A stretch of DNA of 51,349 bases from contig PUKR01000099.1 in the NCBI GenBank assembly GCA_003552365.1, forward strand, positions 1 to 51,349, in the 5' to 3' direction. This DNA comes from Syntrophomonadaceae bacterium. Its GTDB lineage: Bacteria; Bacillota; Dethiobacteria; DTU022. The position numbers and the translations under genes are program-made. The notes under the pieces are model-generated. The model was given only the letters and a program-made list of their open reading frames with translations. It was not told where the DNA came from and did no database searches. This document shows, one piece after another, positions 8,464 through 17,438 of this stretch (its first letter is position 1; the number at the start of each line of letters is the position of its first letter).

Positions 8464-9528
8464 TTAGCTAAGAATTCGAGTATAACGTTCTATTTCAGCG
8501 GCCATTTTTTCCACGCTCATCCTGGCATCACACAAACCGGTTTTTATAACTGCCGCCGGCATACTGGGGATAAGAGCAGTATCTGGCTCCTGAACAATAA
8601 CGATTGTATCTTCTTTCTTTTTTTTCAAGGCTACAGTCCCGTCGGTACCATCCCTACCCATCCCGGTCATGATCACCGCCAATATTTTTTGTTCACACTT
8701 CAAAAGTGATTGATACATGACATCAATTGCCGGCCGGACAAAATTAACCCTTGGACCGGTATCCAGATGAGCCCTGCCGTTTTTGATCACCAGGTGATAA
8801 CCACCCGGAGCCACCAGGGCCCGCCCCTTCAACAAAGCATCCCCTTCTTCAGCTTCTTTAACCCTTAAGGGGGAGAGCATATCCAGTCTTTGGGCAAATG
8901 AAAACGTAAAGCCGGGTGGCATATGCTGCGAAAGCAAAACAGTTGCCGGCAGGTTAGCCGGGAATCTGCTAAACAAAGCTTCCAGTGCTTTTGGCCCCCC
9001 GGTTGAGGCTCCGATAGCAACAATAACACGAGCAGCTTCATCAACCTGTTTTGTAACCTGCGGAATATTTTTTGCTTTGCCCTCAGCAGGTTTCTCGGCA
9101 GATATTAACTTAACCTGGGCTATAGCAGCCGCTTTTATTTTCTGGGGCAAAACATTTTTAAGTTCTTCAATCGATTCACTGGCAGTGCCTGACGAACTTA
9201 AAGCAGGCTTCGAAATAATATCCACCGCACCCGCATCAAGTGATTTCAAAGTTACCTCACTGCCTATCTTTGTGTGGCTACTTAAAATGATAACCGGCAG
9301 TGGATTTTTTGCCATGATCTTTTGCAATGTTTCCATACCGTCCATCCTGGGCATTTCGAGATCCATAGTAACCACGTCGGGCTTGCTTTTTTTAATTTTT
9401 TCCAGCGCGTCAACCCCGTCCCTTGCTGTGGCAATCACCTCAATTTCAGGATGTTCCCGTATTATATCGCTTATAATGCGGCGCATGAATGCAGAATCTT
9501 CAACCACCAGGACCCGAATTACATTCAA
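8464..9528 (-). CDS. cheB: protein-glutamate methylesterase/glutaminase CheB
   Basis: 354-aa ORF. It has a receiver domain (VLVVEDS...VTMDLEMPRMDG) plus a methylesterase domain (IGASTGGP, HMPP.FT, GMG.DG). The TTG start overlaps the cheD stop (TTGA). Confidence 0.95.
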   Translation of the reverse strand: MNVIRVLVVEDSAFMRRIISDIIREHPEIEVIATARDGVDALEKIKKSKPDVVTMDLEMPRMDGMETLQKIMAKNPLPVIILSSHTKIGSEVTLKSLDAGAVDIISKPALSSSGTASESIEELKNVLPQKIKAAAIAQVKLISAEKPAEGKAKNIPQVTKQVDEAARVIVAIGASTGGPKALEALFSRFPANLPATVLLSQHMPPGFTFSFAQRLDMLSPLRVKEAEEGDALLKGRALVAPGGYHLVIKNGRAHLDTGPRVNFVRPAIDVMYQSLLKCEQKILAVIMTGMGRDGTDGTVALKKKKEDTIVIVQEPDTALIPSMPAAVIKTGLCDARMSVEKMAAEIERYTRILS

Positions 9529-10013
9529 CTTTTCACTGCTCCTTCACCGACAGTTGTTATCTTTACTTCCCCCGAATCAACAAAAAGACGCATGGTCCTG
9601 CCGCATTTGCCCCCCACGGCTTCGCTCGAGATTTTTATCCCCTGCTCTTTTAAGGCAGCACGCACCGCTTCAATATTTTTATAACCCACATTACCGGTTT
9701 CGTTTTGAAAATTAAACAAGCTGGCACCGCCGGCTATCCTGGCGACCAGATTATTTCTCCTGGCTCCTAAAGAAACCATTTGATCAACCAGGCAAGGAAT
9801 AGCCGTGTCGGCAAACTTTGCCGGGTTAACATCACCACTACTGGGCCGTTTAAACTTGCTGCTGTCATTAAGCAGGATATGCGCAAGCCCGCCTACTTTT
9901 GTATTATGATCATAAAGGGCAATACCGATACAAGAACCCAGGCCGAATGTTACCAGCACTCCACTTTCCTTTTTAACAGCCAGATCGGCTATTTTAACGT
10001 GAACTGTTTCCAT
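9525..10013 (-). CDS. cheD: chemoreceptor glutamine deamidase CheD
   Basis: 162-aa ORF. GLGSCIGIALYD...GGLAHILL and ARIAGGASLF are characteristic of CheD. Confidence 0.9.
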   Translation of the reverse strand: METVHVKIADLAVKKESGVLVTFGLGSCIGIALYDHNTKVGGLAHILLNDSSKFKRPSSGDVNPAKFADTAIPCLVDQMVSLGARRNNLVARIAGGASLFNFQNETGNVGYKNIEAVRAALKEQGIKISSEAVGGKCGRTMRLFVDSGEVKITTVGEGAVKS

Positions 10014-10062
10014 GCAAAACCTCCGCGCCTGTCAATGCCAATTTAATTTTATAAAACAGTTG

Positions 10063-10428
10063 TTAACCTTCCAGTTTAGCTAACGCTTCAGCAATCCGAT
10101 CCGGCTGAAAAGGCTTGACCACGAAATCCTTAGCCCCTGCATTCAAAGCTTCTATAACCAGGCTTTTTTGCCCCATAGCGCTAACAACAATAATCAGGGC
10201 ATCCGGGTCATGCTCCTTAATTTCTTTTATTGCCGTAATCCCGTCCTTGTTAGGCATAGTGATATCCATTGTCACTAAAGACGGTTTTAATTCTTTATAA
10301 AGCTCAACCCCCTTTACACCATCTTCACCTTCGGCTACAACCTCGTAACCGTTTTTTTCCAGCATATTTTTTAAAGTCATCCTCATAAATGCCGTGTCAT
10401 CAACCACTAAAACTGTTTTGCTCAACAT
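10063..10428 (-). CDS. cheY: chemotaxis response regulator CheY
   Basis: Single receiver domain (VLVVDDTAFMR...VTMDITMPNKDG...VVSAMG...KDFVVKPF). I set the start at ATG 10426-10428, 4 nt after SD GGGAGGG. It overlaps the cheA 3' end by 29 nt. Confidence 0.93.
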   Translation of the reverse strand: MLSKTVLVVDDTAFMRMTLKNMLEKNGYEVVAEGEDGVKGVELYKELKPSLVTMDITMPNKDGITAIKEIKEHDPDALIIVVSAMGQKSLVIEALNAGAKDFVVKPFQPDRIAEALAKLEG

Positions 10429-12568
10429 AATCCCTCCCTTCACTTAAAAGACCGGCCACATCTATAATTAAGGTTACACTACCGTCGCCTAAAACCGTAG
10501 CCCCGGCAATACCTTTCAATCCCTTCAAGAAACTGCCAAGTGATTTTATCATAATTTCCTGCTGCCCGACCAGTTCATCAACAATAAAACCGGCCTTGCG
10601 ATTAGTTGCTTCTACAATAACGACAGAGCACTCTTCATCATTTACCTGGGTATGTTCAAAACCAAGCAGACTACTTAAAGTATAAAGCGGTATAACCTCT
10701 CCCCTTAAATTAACTACAGGATTGCCCCGAATTGTTTTTATCTCCTTACTGTCAAGATAAACATTTTCATTAATCACCTCCACGGGAATAGCATAAAGCT
10801 GGCCATTGGATTTGACCAATAAAGTAGTGATTATTGCCAGGGTCAGGGGAAGGCGAATTTCAAAGCGAGTCATAACATTGATCTCACTGGAAACCTCAAC
10901 TGTGCCGTGTAAAGCTTCAATGCTGTTTCTGACCGCATCCATGCCTACTCCCCTGCCGGATACATCGGTTATTTCATCTGAAGTGCTGAAACCGCTGAAG
11001 AAAATTAAGCTAATCAGGTCATCTTTGCTCAACTGGTTCATTTCATCTTCAGTAATTACTCCCTTTTCAACTGCCATACTTCCGATCTTCTGGGGGTCGA
11101 TGCCCGATCCGTCATCTTCGACTGTAATAACTACCTGGTTTCCTTCATGGCGGGCATTTAAATAGATAGAACCTTCCGGATTTTTACCTTTATCTTTTCG
11201 CACCTCCGGCGATTCTACACCGTGGTCAAAAGCATTGCGCAGTAAGTGCACCAGTGGATCGGATAACCGGTTAATGATCGAACGATCCAGCTCGGTTTCT
11301 TCTCCACTGATATAAAGTTGAACTTTTTTCCCCTTTTCCCGGCATAAATCCCGCACCATCCGCGGGAAACGGCCAAAAACCTGGTCGATCGGAACCATAC
11401 GCAGCTCCATGGCAGTGTCTTGCAGGTTGGTAATAGAGCGTTTTAATTGATCAATTGTGCTGTCCAGGTCCTCATTAAAGCCATGGCCTATTTCTGTAAT
11501 CCTGGTCCGCGCTACAACCATCTCACCAACCAGGTTAACCAAATCATCGAGTTTTTGAGTTTCCACCCTGACCATCTTGTCTGCAGCCCTGGATCCCTGT
11601 CCCTGGTCTCCGGAAGGGGCTTTTTCGGACACCTCATTTTCTGGCGTGGTATTTTTAACCTCCTGATTTTCTTTTTCAGGCTGTTCTTTATAAACACCGG
11701 TTCCTTCTTCCGAAACCTTATCCTTACCTGTATCATCTTCTGCCTTTACTGCTTCCGATTCGGCTTCAGATAACGGTCCGGCAGAGGCTGCACCATCATT
11801 TTCTCCGGTACCCCACAGGTTTATTTCCACCCTCTCCACATCGGTTATATGCTCCAACGCTTCTTTAAGGCCTTCCGGGGTTCCGGCTTCCAAAACTAAA
11901 ACCACCCTGAAAGACCGTTCAAATCTTTCTTCCTCAAGCTCCTGGCGTGAGGGATCCGAGATAACTATTTCAGCAAATTCTTCCATCGCTTTAAAGATCA
12001 TATGCACCCGGACCGATTTCATTAAAGCATCTTCATTTAAACTTATATTGACAATATAGGGGGAATTACCCCCTTCTTCGGCCTGCCTCAGGATTTCTTT
12101 ATCCATGGCCCCGAGTAATAATTCATCTTCTCCAATTCCTGCATTGTCATGCTTACAGGGAGAACCTAAATCTTCATTGTCACACACCTTGTCACGCACT
12201 TTTTTCATTTTAATTAAAAGCTGTTCCCATTTTTGCCGGTCCCCTTCGGTAGATTTGTCAGGTTGCTCAAGGGCTTCCTGCAGTACATCAACCGCTTCAA
12301 AAATCAAGTCAATTACCTCAGGACCCGGCTCCCGCTCAAGGGTTTTAAAATCTTCCATAAAGTTTTCAAGGCCGTGGGCAATGTTACACACATGTTGATA
12401 GCCCATGGTTCCGGCCATGCCCTTTAAGCTATGGGCCACTCGAAAAGCTTCCTGCAGCTCTTCTGTGTCTTTTGGATTTTTTTCCAGGTTAAGCAGGCAC
12501 TGGTTCAAAACTTGCATATACTCCTCGGCTTCAGCCTGGAAAAGTTCTGCGTATTGCGAGACATCCAT
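10400..12568 (-). CDS. cheA: chemotaxis histidine kinase CheA
   Basis: 722-aa ORF. It has an HPt P1 domain with AHSLKG, an acidic linker, the kinase N/G boxes (HLLRNAFDHG, DDGSGI, GRGVGMD), and a C-terminal CheW-like P5 domain. Confidence 0.96.
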   Translation of the reverse strand: MDVSQYAELFQAEAEEYMQVLNQCLLNLEKNPKDTEELQEAFRVAHSLKGMAGTMGYQHVCNIAHGLENFMEDFKTLEREPGPEVIDLIFEAVDVLQEALEQPDKSTEGDRQKWEQLLIKMKKVRDKVCDNEDLGSPCKHDNAGIGEDELLLGAMDKEILRQAEEGGNSPYIVNISLNEDALMKSVRVHMIFKAMEEFAEIVISDPSRQELEEERFERSFRVVLVLEAGTPEGLKEALEHITDVERVEINLWGTGENDGAASAGPLSEAESEAVKAEDDTGKDKVSEEGTGVYKEQPEKENQEVKNTTPENEVSEKAPSGDQGQGSRAADKMVRVETQKLDDLVNLVGEMVVARTRITEIGHGFNEDLDSTIDQLKRSITNLQDTAMELRMVPIDQVFGRFPRMVRDLCREKGKKVQLYISGEETELDRSIINRLSDPLVHLLRNAFDHGVESPEVRKDKGKNPEGSIYLNARHEGNQVVITVEDDGSGIDPQKIGSMAVEKGVITEDEMNQLSKDDLISLIFFSGFSTSDEITDVSGRGVGMDAVRNSIEALHGTVEVSSEINVMTRFEIRLPLTLAIITTLLVKSNGQLYAIPVEVINENVYLDSKEIKTIRGNPVVNLRGEVIPLYTLSSLLGFEHTQVNDEECSVVIVEATNRKAGFIVDELVGQQEIMIKSLGSFLKGLKGIAGATVLGDGSVTLIIDVAGLLSEGRDYVEQNSFSG

Positions 12569-12601
12569 TTAAATTACCTCCCCGCATCTTGCCTGATTAA
12601 T

Positions 12602-14380
12602 TTATAAGCCGTAGCTCTCAATCACATCTTCATACTGGATTTCAGTAATTCTAACTCCAAGCTGATCATTAATCATCACTACCTCACCCCGGGCCAGCAG
12701 TTTATCGTTGGCTAAAATTTCTACCGGATCATTCACATTGCAATCAAGATCGACAATACCGCCTTTATCCATAGAAAACAACTTGCCGAGGGGGACTCTT
12801 GCCGAGCCAAGGACAACTACAATATCCATGGGGATATCTTTAACCAGGTTTAGCCTCTGCATATCTACGCCCAAATCTTCAGCTCCGGCACTACCCGGGG
12901 TGTAGTCTGTCGTTTGTTCTTCTTTATTGTTTTCCTGGCTAAAAGCTGTTTCAGGAAACCCGGAGTCTTCATCGATGAGCTGTTCAGAATCCTCTTCTTT
13001 CCTTAAAGGTTCTTCAACGGCAACTTCCGGTTCGCTTTCCCCATAAAGCAGGTAACCGGCCATTTTCTTTGCAAAACTAACCGGGATAACCTGGATCATG
13101 ATGCTGTCGATTATATCGGCCACTTTCATTTTAAATTCAACATGAACCACTTTTTCTTCACTATCAAAGTTGTATAGTTCTGGCACCTCGTTTGCCAGGT
13201 CGATCGATTCCAGGCTGGGAGTGGAAATTTCAATGGTCCGCTGAAAAAGTTCCGACATTGAAGTTGACATCGACCCCATCATCTGGTTCATCGCTTCCTG
13301 GACTGCACTGTGTTCTATTTCGCTTAACGGTCCCTCCTTGGTTCCCGGGTCCTCGCCCATCATTAAAGCAGCAATTATGATCGCATCGCTTTCCTTGATC
13401 ATTAAAACATTACTGCCTTCGAGTCCGGAAGTATACTCTACTTTTACCAGGAGACAGGGCAATGGATATTGCTCCTGGATTTCACTTACTTTGCGAACAT
13501 CCAGGTTGGGAGTTGTAATGTCAACAGGCTTTTCCAGGATTGTTGAGAGCGCGGTAGCAGAAGCACCAAGCGATATGTTGCCTACTTCCGCGATGGTGTC
13601 TTTTTCCAAATCACTTAACTCTTCGGGCTGCTTATCACCGGTATTGATCACCACTGTTTCAATTTCTGAATGATCATCCTCACCGGGATCCGGGTCTCCT
13701 GTTTCTTCTTCATCATCCTGGCCAGGCGAATCAACTACCGCCTCTGGTCCGGGAGCAGGTTGTTCGTCCGAACCAGAGGCTGTCTCTGCTCCGCCCGATA
13801 GCAGGTGGGCACACATCTCCCGGGCAAAATCAACCGGAATAACCTGGACCATAATACTGTCTATAAAATCGTCCACCTTCATTGAAAACTGAACATGAAC
13901 CAGCTTACCATCGGCTGATAATGTTTCCTGAGCAGGAATGTCATCTGCCAGGTTTATCCGCTCGACTTTTGGCGTAGAAATTTCAATAGTGCGCTGAAAC
14001 AACTCAGACATTGATGTAGCCATTGATCCCATCATCTGGTTCATTGCTTCCTGAACCGCGCTAAGCTCAATTTCGTTTAAAGGTCCTTCCTTATCAGCAG
14101 GATCGTCGCCCATCATCAGGGCTGCGATAACCACGGCATCCTCTTCTTTGATCAAAAGGATATTGCTGCCACGCAGACCGGATATATACTCGACCTCGAC
14201 CAAGAGACAGGGAAGTGGGTACTTTTGCCTGAGCTCACTGCCTTCAACTATTGACAACTGGGGCGTAGTAATATCAACAAACTTATCCAGTATAGTCGAA
14301 AGCGCGGTAGCAGAAGCGCCTAAAGATATATTTCCCACCTCAGCCAGGGTGTCTTTTTCAAGAGCACTTAATTCTTCCAC
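12602..14380 (-). CDS. fliY: flagellar motor switch phosphatase FliY with two tandem CheC-like domains + C-terminal FliN/SpoA domain
   Basis: 592-aa ORF, GTG start. aa 3-196 and aa 253-446 are two copies of a CheC-like module, each with two [D/S]xxxExxN-x22-P motifs. The C-terminus (IVVVLGSARVPLGKLFSMDKGGIVDLD...PVEILANDKLLARGEVVMINDQLGVRITEI) is a FliN/SpoA domain. Confidence 0.9.
   Translation of the reverse strand: MEELSALEKDTLAEVGNISLGASATALSTILDKFVDITTPQLSIVEGSELRQKYPLPCLLVEVEYISGLRGSNILLIKEEDAVVIAALMMGDDPADKEGPLNEIELSAVQEAMNQMMGSMATSMSELFQRTIEISTPKVERINLADDIPAQETLSADGKLVHVQFSMKVDDFIDSIMVQVIPVDFAREMCAHLLSGGAETASGSDEQPAPGPEAVVDSPGQDDEEETGDPDPGEDDHSEIETVVINTGDKQPEELSDLEKDTIAEVGNISLGASATALSTILEKPVDITTPNLDVRKVSEIQEQYPLPCLLVKVEYTSGLEGSNVLMIKESDAIIIAALMMGEDPGTKEGPLSEIEHSAVQEAMNQMMGSMSTSMSELFQRTIEISTPSLESIDLANEVPELYNFDSEEKVVHVEFKMKVADIIDSIMIQVIPVSFAKKMAGYLLYGESEPEVAVEEPLRKEEDSEQLIDEDSGFPETAFSQENNKEEQTTDYTPGSAGAEDLGVDMQRLNLVKDIPMDIVVVLGSARVPLGKLFSMDKGGIVDLDCNVNDPVEILANDKLLARGEVVMINDQLGVRITEIQYEDVIESYGL
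13043..13624 (-). repeat. intragenic tandem duplication in fliY, copy 2 (CheC-like module, aa 253-446)
   Basis: See copy 1. An acidic Pro/Asp/Glu-rich linker (aa about 197-252) separates the two copies. Confidence 0.85.
13793..14374 (-). repeat. intragenic tandem duplication in fliY, copy 1 (CheC-like module, aa 3-196)
   Basis: My manual alignment to copy 2 gives about 137/194 identical residues, with a period of 250 aa (750 nt). Confidence 0.85.
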
Positions 14381-14404
14381 CTAATCCTTCCTTTCCGGTC
14401 TTAT

Positions 14405-14749
14405 CTAGCGTAAATTTTCAATCCGTTCTTCGGGTTTGATAATGTTCTTCAGGCGAATTCCAAACGTTTCGTCAATAGTAATTACTTCTCCCTCGGCAAA
14501 TGGTTTGCCGTTTACCACGAGTTCAACCGGTTCGTCAATCATTTTATCCAGTTCGATCACTGTTCCCACGGTTAAATTTAACAATTGCCCGATGGTTCTT
14601 TCTGCATTCCCAAGGCGAACTGAAACTTCAAGCGGAAAGTCGAGCACCAGTTTAAGCTTCAAGTCCATTTTAAGCTCATCTTCCCGGTTCGAACCCTCAC
14701 TGAGCAGAGCATTCATTTCCTCTTCAGATAAAATATGTCGGTTATCCAT
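14405..14749 (-). CDS. short FliN/SpoA-domain switch protein with N-terminal LSxEEMNALL (CheY-P-binding-like) peptide
   Basis: The SpoA domain reads LEVSVRLGNAERTIGQLLNLTVGTVIELDKMIDEPVELVVNGKPFAEGEVITIDETFGIRLKNI. I set the start at ATG 14747-14749 (MDNRHILSEEEMNALLSE), which overlaps the fliM stop by 8 nt. The ORF track extends to 14806. Confidence 0.8.
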   Translation of the reverse strand: MDNRHILSEEEMNALLSEGSNREDELKMDLKLKLVLDFPLEVSVRLGNAERTIGQLLNLTVGTVIELDKMIDEPVELVVNGKPFAEGEVITIDETFGIRLKNIIKPEERIENLR

Positions 14750-15758
14750 AGTTTTCCCCCGTGCTATAGTTATCTTTATCTTTTTCCTCAGAAATTTTAT
14801 CCACAATTTTAACTCCCAGGCGTTTACCCCGGGTCCCCGGCTGGACCTTAAAAATAGGCCTGCCCTCTACTAAAAGATCCAAAGATTCACCACGTCGACG
14901 GCGCAGGGGCAGGACATCACCTTCCTGGAGCTGGAGAAAATCATCCAGGGTTATCCTTGATTTCCCCAGGACTACTTTAATTTCAGCTTCAGGACTTTGG
15001 AGGCATTTTTCAATATCGCCGGGCTTACTTTTAGATGCACTTTGTTGAAACTGGTTAAACCATTGCTGGGCGGTTAGGCTGGAAAGGATCCGCTCAAGCC
15101 CCATGAAAGGAAAGCAGAGGTTGACAAAACCCTGGACATTTTGCACGGTTGCAGAAAAGGTGACCAGGGCCACCGTTTCATTGGAAGCAATTACCTGGTT
15201 AAACTGGGGATTGGTATCCATACTTTCAATCTGCGGCTCCAACTGGGCGATACCTTTCCAGGCATACCCGAGGTTGTCTAAGAACTTTTCATTGATTTGC
15301 CTCATAACCGAAATTTCTATTTCCGTAAGCTCCCTAATCTTGGCCGGTTGCCTGCCCTCACCGCCAAAAAGGAGATCTATAATGGTAAAGACAAAAGTAG
15401 GATTGGTTTCCAGCATGGCAACGCCCATATCCCTGGACATATTGAATATCGTCATCAGGGTAGGCACAGGCAGTGAAAACACAAATTCTTCATATGATAC
15501 CTGAGCAACAGACACCACATTTAACTTGACCGGCACCCGCAAAAAAGATGTAAGGAAATTACCCATAATACGGGCATAATTTTCATGGATAATCTGCAGG
15601 GTCCGAAGCTGTTCCTTGGTAAACTTGGTCGGTTTTCTAAAATCGTAAGTCTGGTATTCAGTGGAAGTTTCCCGGGTTTCTTCCTCACCAAGGTCACCGC
15701 TGGATATTGCATTGATCAATGAATCAATTTCTGACTGGGTTAAAGCATCTTTGCCCAT
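14742..15758 (-). CDS. fliM: flagellar motor switch protein FliM
   Basis: 338-aa ORF with SD GGGAGGTG. It has the N-terminal CheY-P-binding motif LTQSEIDSLINAI, a YDFRKP motif, a CheC-like middle domain and a C-terminal SpoA-like region. Confidence 0.95.
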   Translation of the reverse strand: MGKDALTQSEIDSLINAISSGDLGEEETRETSTEYQTYDFRKPTKFTKEQLRTLQIIHENYARIMGNFLTSFLRVPVKLNVVSVAQVSYEEFVFSLPVPTLMTIFNMSRDMGVAMLETNPTFVFTIIDLLFGGEGRQPAKIRELTEIEISVMRQINEKFLDNLGYAWKGIAQLEPQIESMDTNPQFNQVIASNETVALVTFSATVQNVQGFVNLCFPFMGLERILSSLTAQQWFNQFQQSASKSKPGDIEKCLQSPEAEIKVVLGKSRITLDDFLQLQEGDVLPLRRRRGESLDLLVEGRPIFKVQPGTRGKRLGVKIVDKISEEKDKDNYSTGENYG

Positions 15759-15791
15759 ACACTCACCTCCCGCCTGCTCCTGTTGACAATT

Positions 15792-16577
15792 TTAACCCCT
15801 TACCAACAGGGTAAGCGCCTGTAACTCATCTGCAGTGATCATGCTCCTGGTGTTGCCTTCAAGAGCACGCTGGTTAGCAATTAATTCTACCATTTCCGCT
15901 GCCAGATCTACGTTTGAAGCTTCAAGGTGGAACTGTCGCAACGAAGCGGTTCCGTCAGCCCCCGGCAAAAATTCATCCGGTTCACCGGAAGAATCGGTAA
16001 CTTCAAAAAGACCGCCTTCTTCCTTAGATAGCCCTCCATTATTCACAAAAGAGTAAAGCATGATCTCGCCCAAATCCACTCTCTCGCCGGCTTCGTTCAC
16101 TCCGCTAACCCGGCCGTTAGGGCTGATAGCTACAGTATTTACATAGATCCCATCAAGGTCAAAATCAACATCAAGATAATCACCACGGTCGGTAACAATG
16201 CTGCCGTCACCATCAACAAAGAAACTGCCCCTGCGAGTATAGGCCTCACTGCCATCTTCCCTGGTAATTCTAAAAAAACCTTCCCCTTCTATAGCAAGAT
16301 CAAGGGGGCGCTCGGTTTCCTGTAATGCTCCCTGGTCAAAAATTTTAGTTACCGGGAACATATGGGTGCCCTTTCCATGCATCGGAGCAAGTTCTTCAGG
16401 CAGGGGGTCAACAGAGTAACCCTTTTCCTGCAGCTCAGTATATAACAGTTCCGTAAAAGATACTTCCGAACGCTTATAGGCATTAGTGTTTAAATTAGCC
16501 AGGTTATCTCCTACCTGCTGCAGGGAGCGCTGGTAAGCGGCAATCCCGCTGAAAGCATTATAAAACGATCGACTCAT
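15792..16577 (-). CDS. flgG: flagellar basal-body rod protein, FlgF/FlgG family
   Basis: 261-aa ORF. It has the N-terminal rod motif (VGDNLANLNTNAYKR), an FFVDGDG middle region and the C-terminal LEASNVDLAAEMVELIANQRA motif. Confidence 0.85.
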   Translation of the reverse strand: MSRSFYNAFSGIAAYQRSLQQVGDNLANLNTNAYKRSEVSFTELLYTELQEKGYSVDPLPEELAPMHGKGTHMFPVTKIFDQGALQETERPLDLAIEGEGFFRITREDGSEAYTRRGSFFVDGDGSIVTDRGDYLDVDFDLDGIYVNTVAISPNGRVSGVNEAGERVDLGEIMLYSFVNNGGLSKEEGGLFEVTDSSGEPDEFLPGADGTASLRQFHLEASNVDLAAEMVELIANQRALEGNTRSMITADELQALTLLVRG

Positions 16578-16612
16578 CAGATCTCACCTCTCTTATTATC
16601 GGCAGCAAGCCG

Positions 16613-17389
16613 TTAGACTGAAGCTCCAAGTTCATTTGCCGCCCGGTCCAAAATTTGGTCATAGGTAATCATAATCTTCTGAGCGGCCTCGTATGAACGC
16701 CGCACTTTCATCATGTCGGTCATTTCCCGGGCTAAATTTGCGTTGGAACCCTCTAAAAAACCCTGGACCACCTCAAATTCCTCTTCTCCGTCAGGAGCAT
16801 CATCCGTTATAAAGTAGTTTTCACCATGTTTTTCCAACCGGGTTTCCCCCAGGTCGAATACCGCAATATCCAGGGTATCGATTTCCACGGTTTCGCCGTC
16901 TTCACCGATTTCATACAAAGTCCCGTCGGAATGGGCATACACTTCCTCAGAGTTTAACTCAATCGGTCCTCCCTCGCCTAAAACCGGGTATCCTTCAACC
17001 GAAACCAGGGTACCGTCTTCATCAAGCTCAAAGCGGCCATTCCTGGTATAAAGAATTTCCTCTTCACCATCAACCTGGAAAAATCCATCGCCAACCAGGG
17101 CAAAATCAAGGTTTCGATCGGTGACATCAAGTGGCCCCTGGGCAAAAGAAGTTACTGTTTCCTGGGTGGCCACGTTATGGGCTTTCGATCCGATTGGCCG
17201 AAGCTGGCCGCCTCTGCCCTGTTCATTTTCAGGGTGCAATTCATGGACCATCCATTCAGCAAAACTTGTCTCCACATTTTGATCCCGCTTAAACCCGTTT
17301 GTCCGCAAATTGGCCAGGTTGTTGCTGATATTTTGCAGTTGAGCCTGCTGGACCAGCATCGCTCCTTCCGATAAGTAAAGTCCCCGCAT
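16613..17389 (-). CDS. flagellar basal-body rod protein, FlgF/FlgG family
   Basis: MRGLYLSEGAMLVQQAQLQNISNNLANLRTNGFKR... and C-terminal LEGSNANLAREMTDMMKVRRSYEAA. I set the start at ATG 17387-17389, 6 nt after GGAGGAGGTG. The ORF-track GTG at 17398 lies inside the SD. Confidence 0.85.
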   Translation of the reverse strand: MRGLYLSEGAMLVQQAQLQNISNNLANLRTNGFKRDQNVETSFAEWMVHELHPENEQGRGGQLRPIGSKAHNVATQETVTSFAQGPLDVTDRNLDFALVGDGFFQVDGEEEILYTRNGRFELDEDGTLVSVEGYPVLGEGGPIELNSEEVYAHSDGTLYEIGEDGETVEIDTLDIAVFDLGETRLEKHGENYFITDDAPDGEEEFEVVQGFLEGSNANLAREMTDMMKVRRSYEAAQKIMITYDQILDRAANELGASV

Positions 17390-17438
17390 CTTTTTCACCT
17401 CCTCCGCTATTAATTACTTAAATGCCTGTACTTAATTT

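Noticed and set aside
9077-9715. Long plus-strand ORFs, for example 9077-9715 (212 aa), 33075-33680 (201 aa), 21797-22333 (178 aa), 14436-14873 (145 aa) and 8287-8709 (140 aa).
   Set aside because: Each lies entirely antisense to a confidently identified flagellar or che gene. Their sequences are low-complexity Ser/Pro/Leu-rich with no recognisable motifs and no SD-start arrangement. They are typical shadow ORFs.
13181-13195. Perfect sigma-54 -24/-12 match TGGCAC-CTCGT-TTGC on the plus strand inside fliY. It is tempting because a sigma-54 activator is encoded in the window.
   Set aside because: It is a single hit inside a coding region and antisense to fliY. No plus-strand ORF or upstream activator-site repeats are visible. 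It is most likely fortuitous. An antisense RNA would need transcriptome evidence.
16586-16593. GCCGATAA (a sigma-28 -10-like octamer, minus strand) 8 nt upstream of the flgG-family gene start at 16577.
   Set aside because: There is no TAAA at the required roughly 15-nt spacing (TTCA stands there instead). The transcript would also start inside the SD. It lies between tightly linked genes, so it is probably chance.
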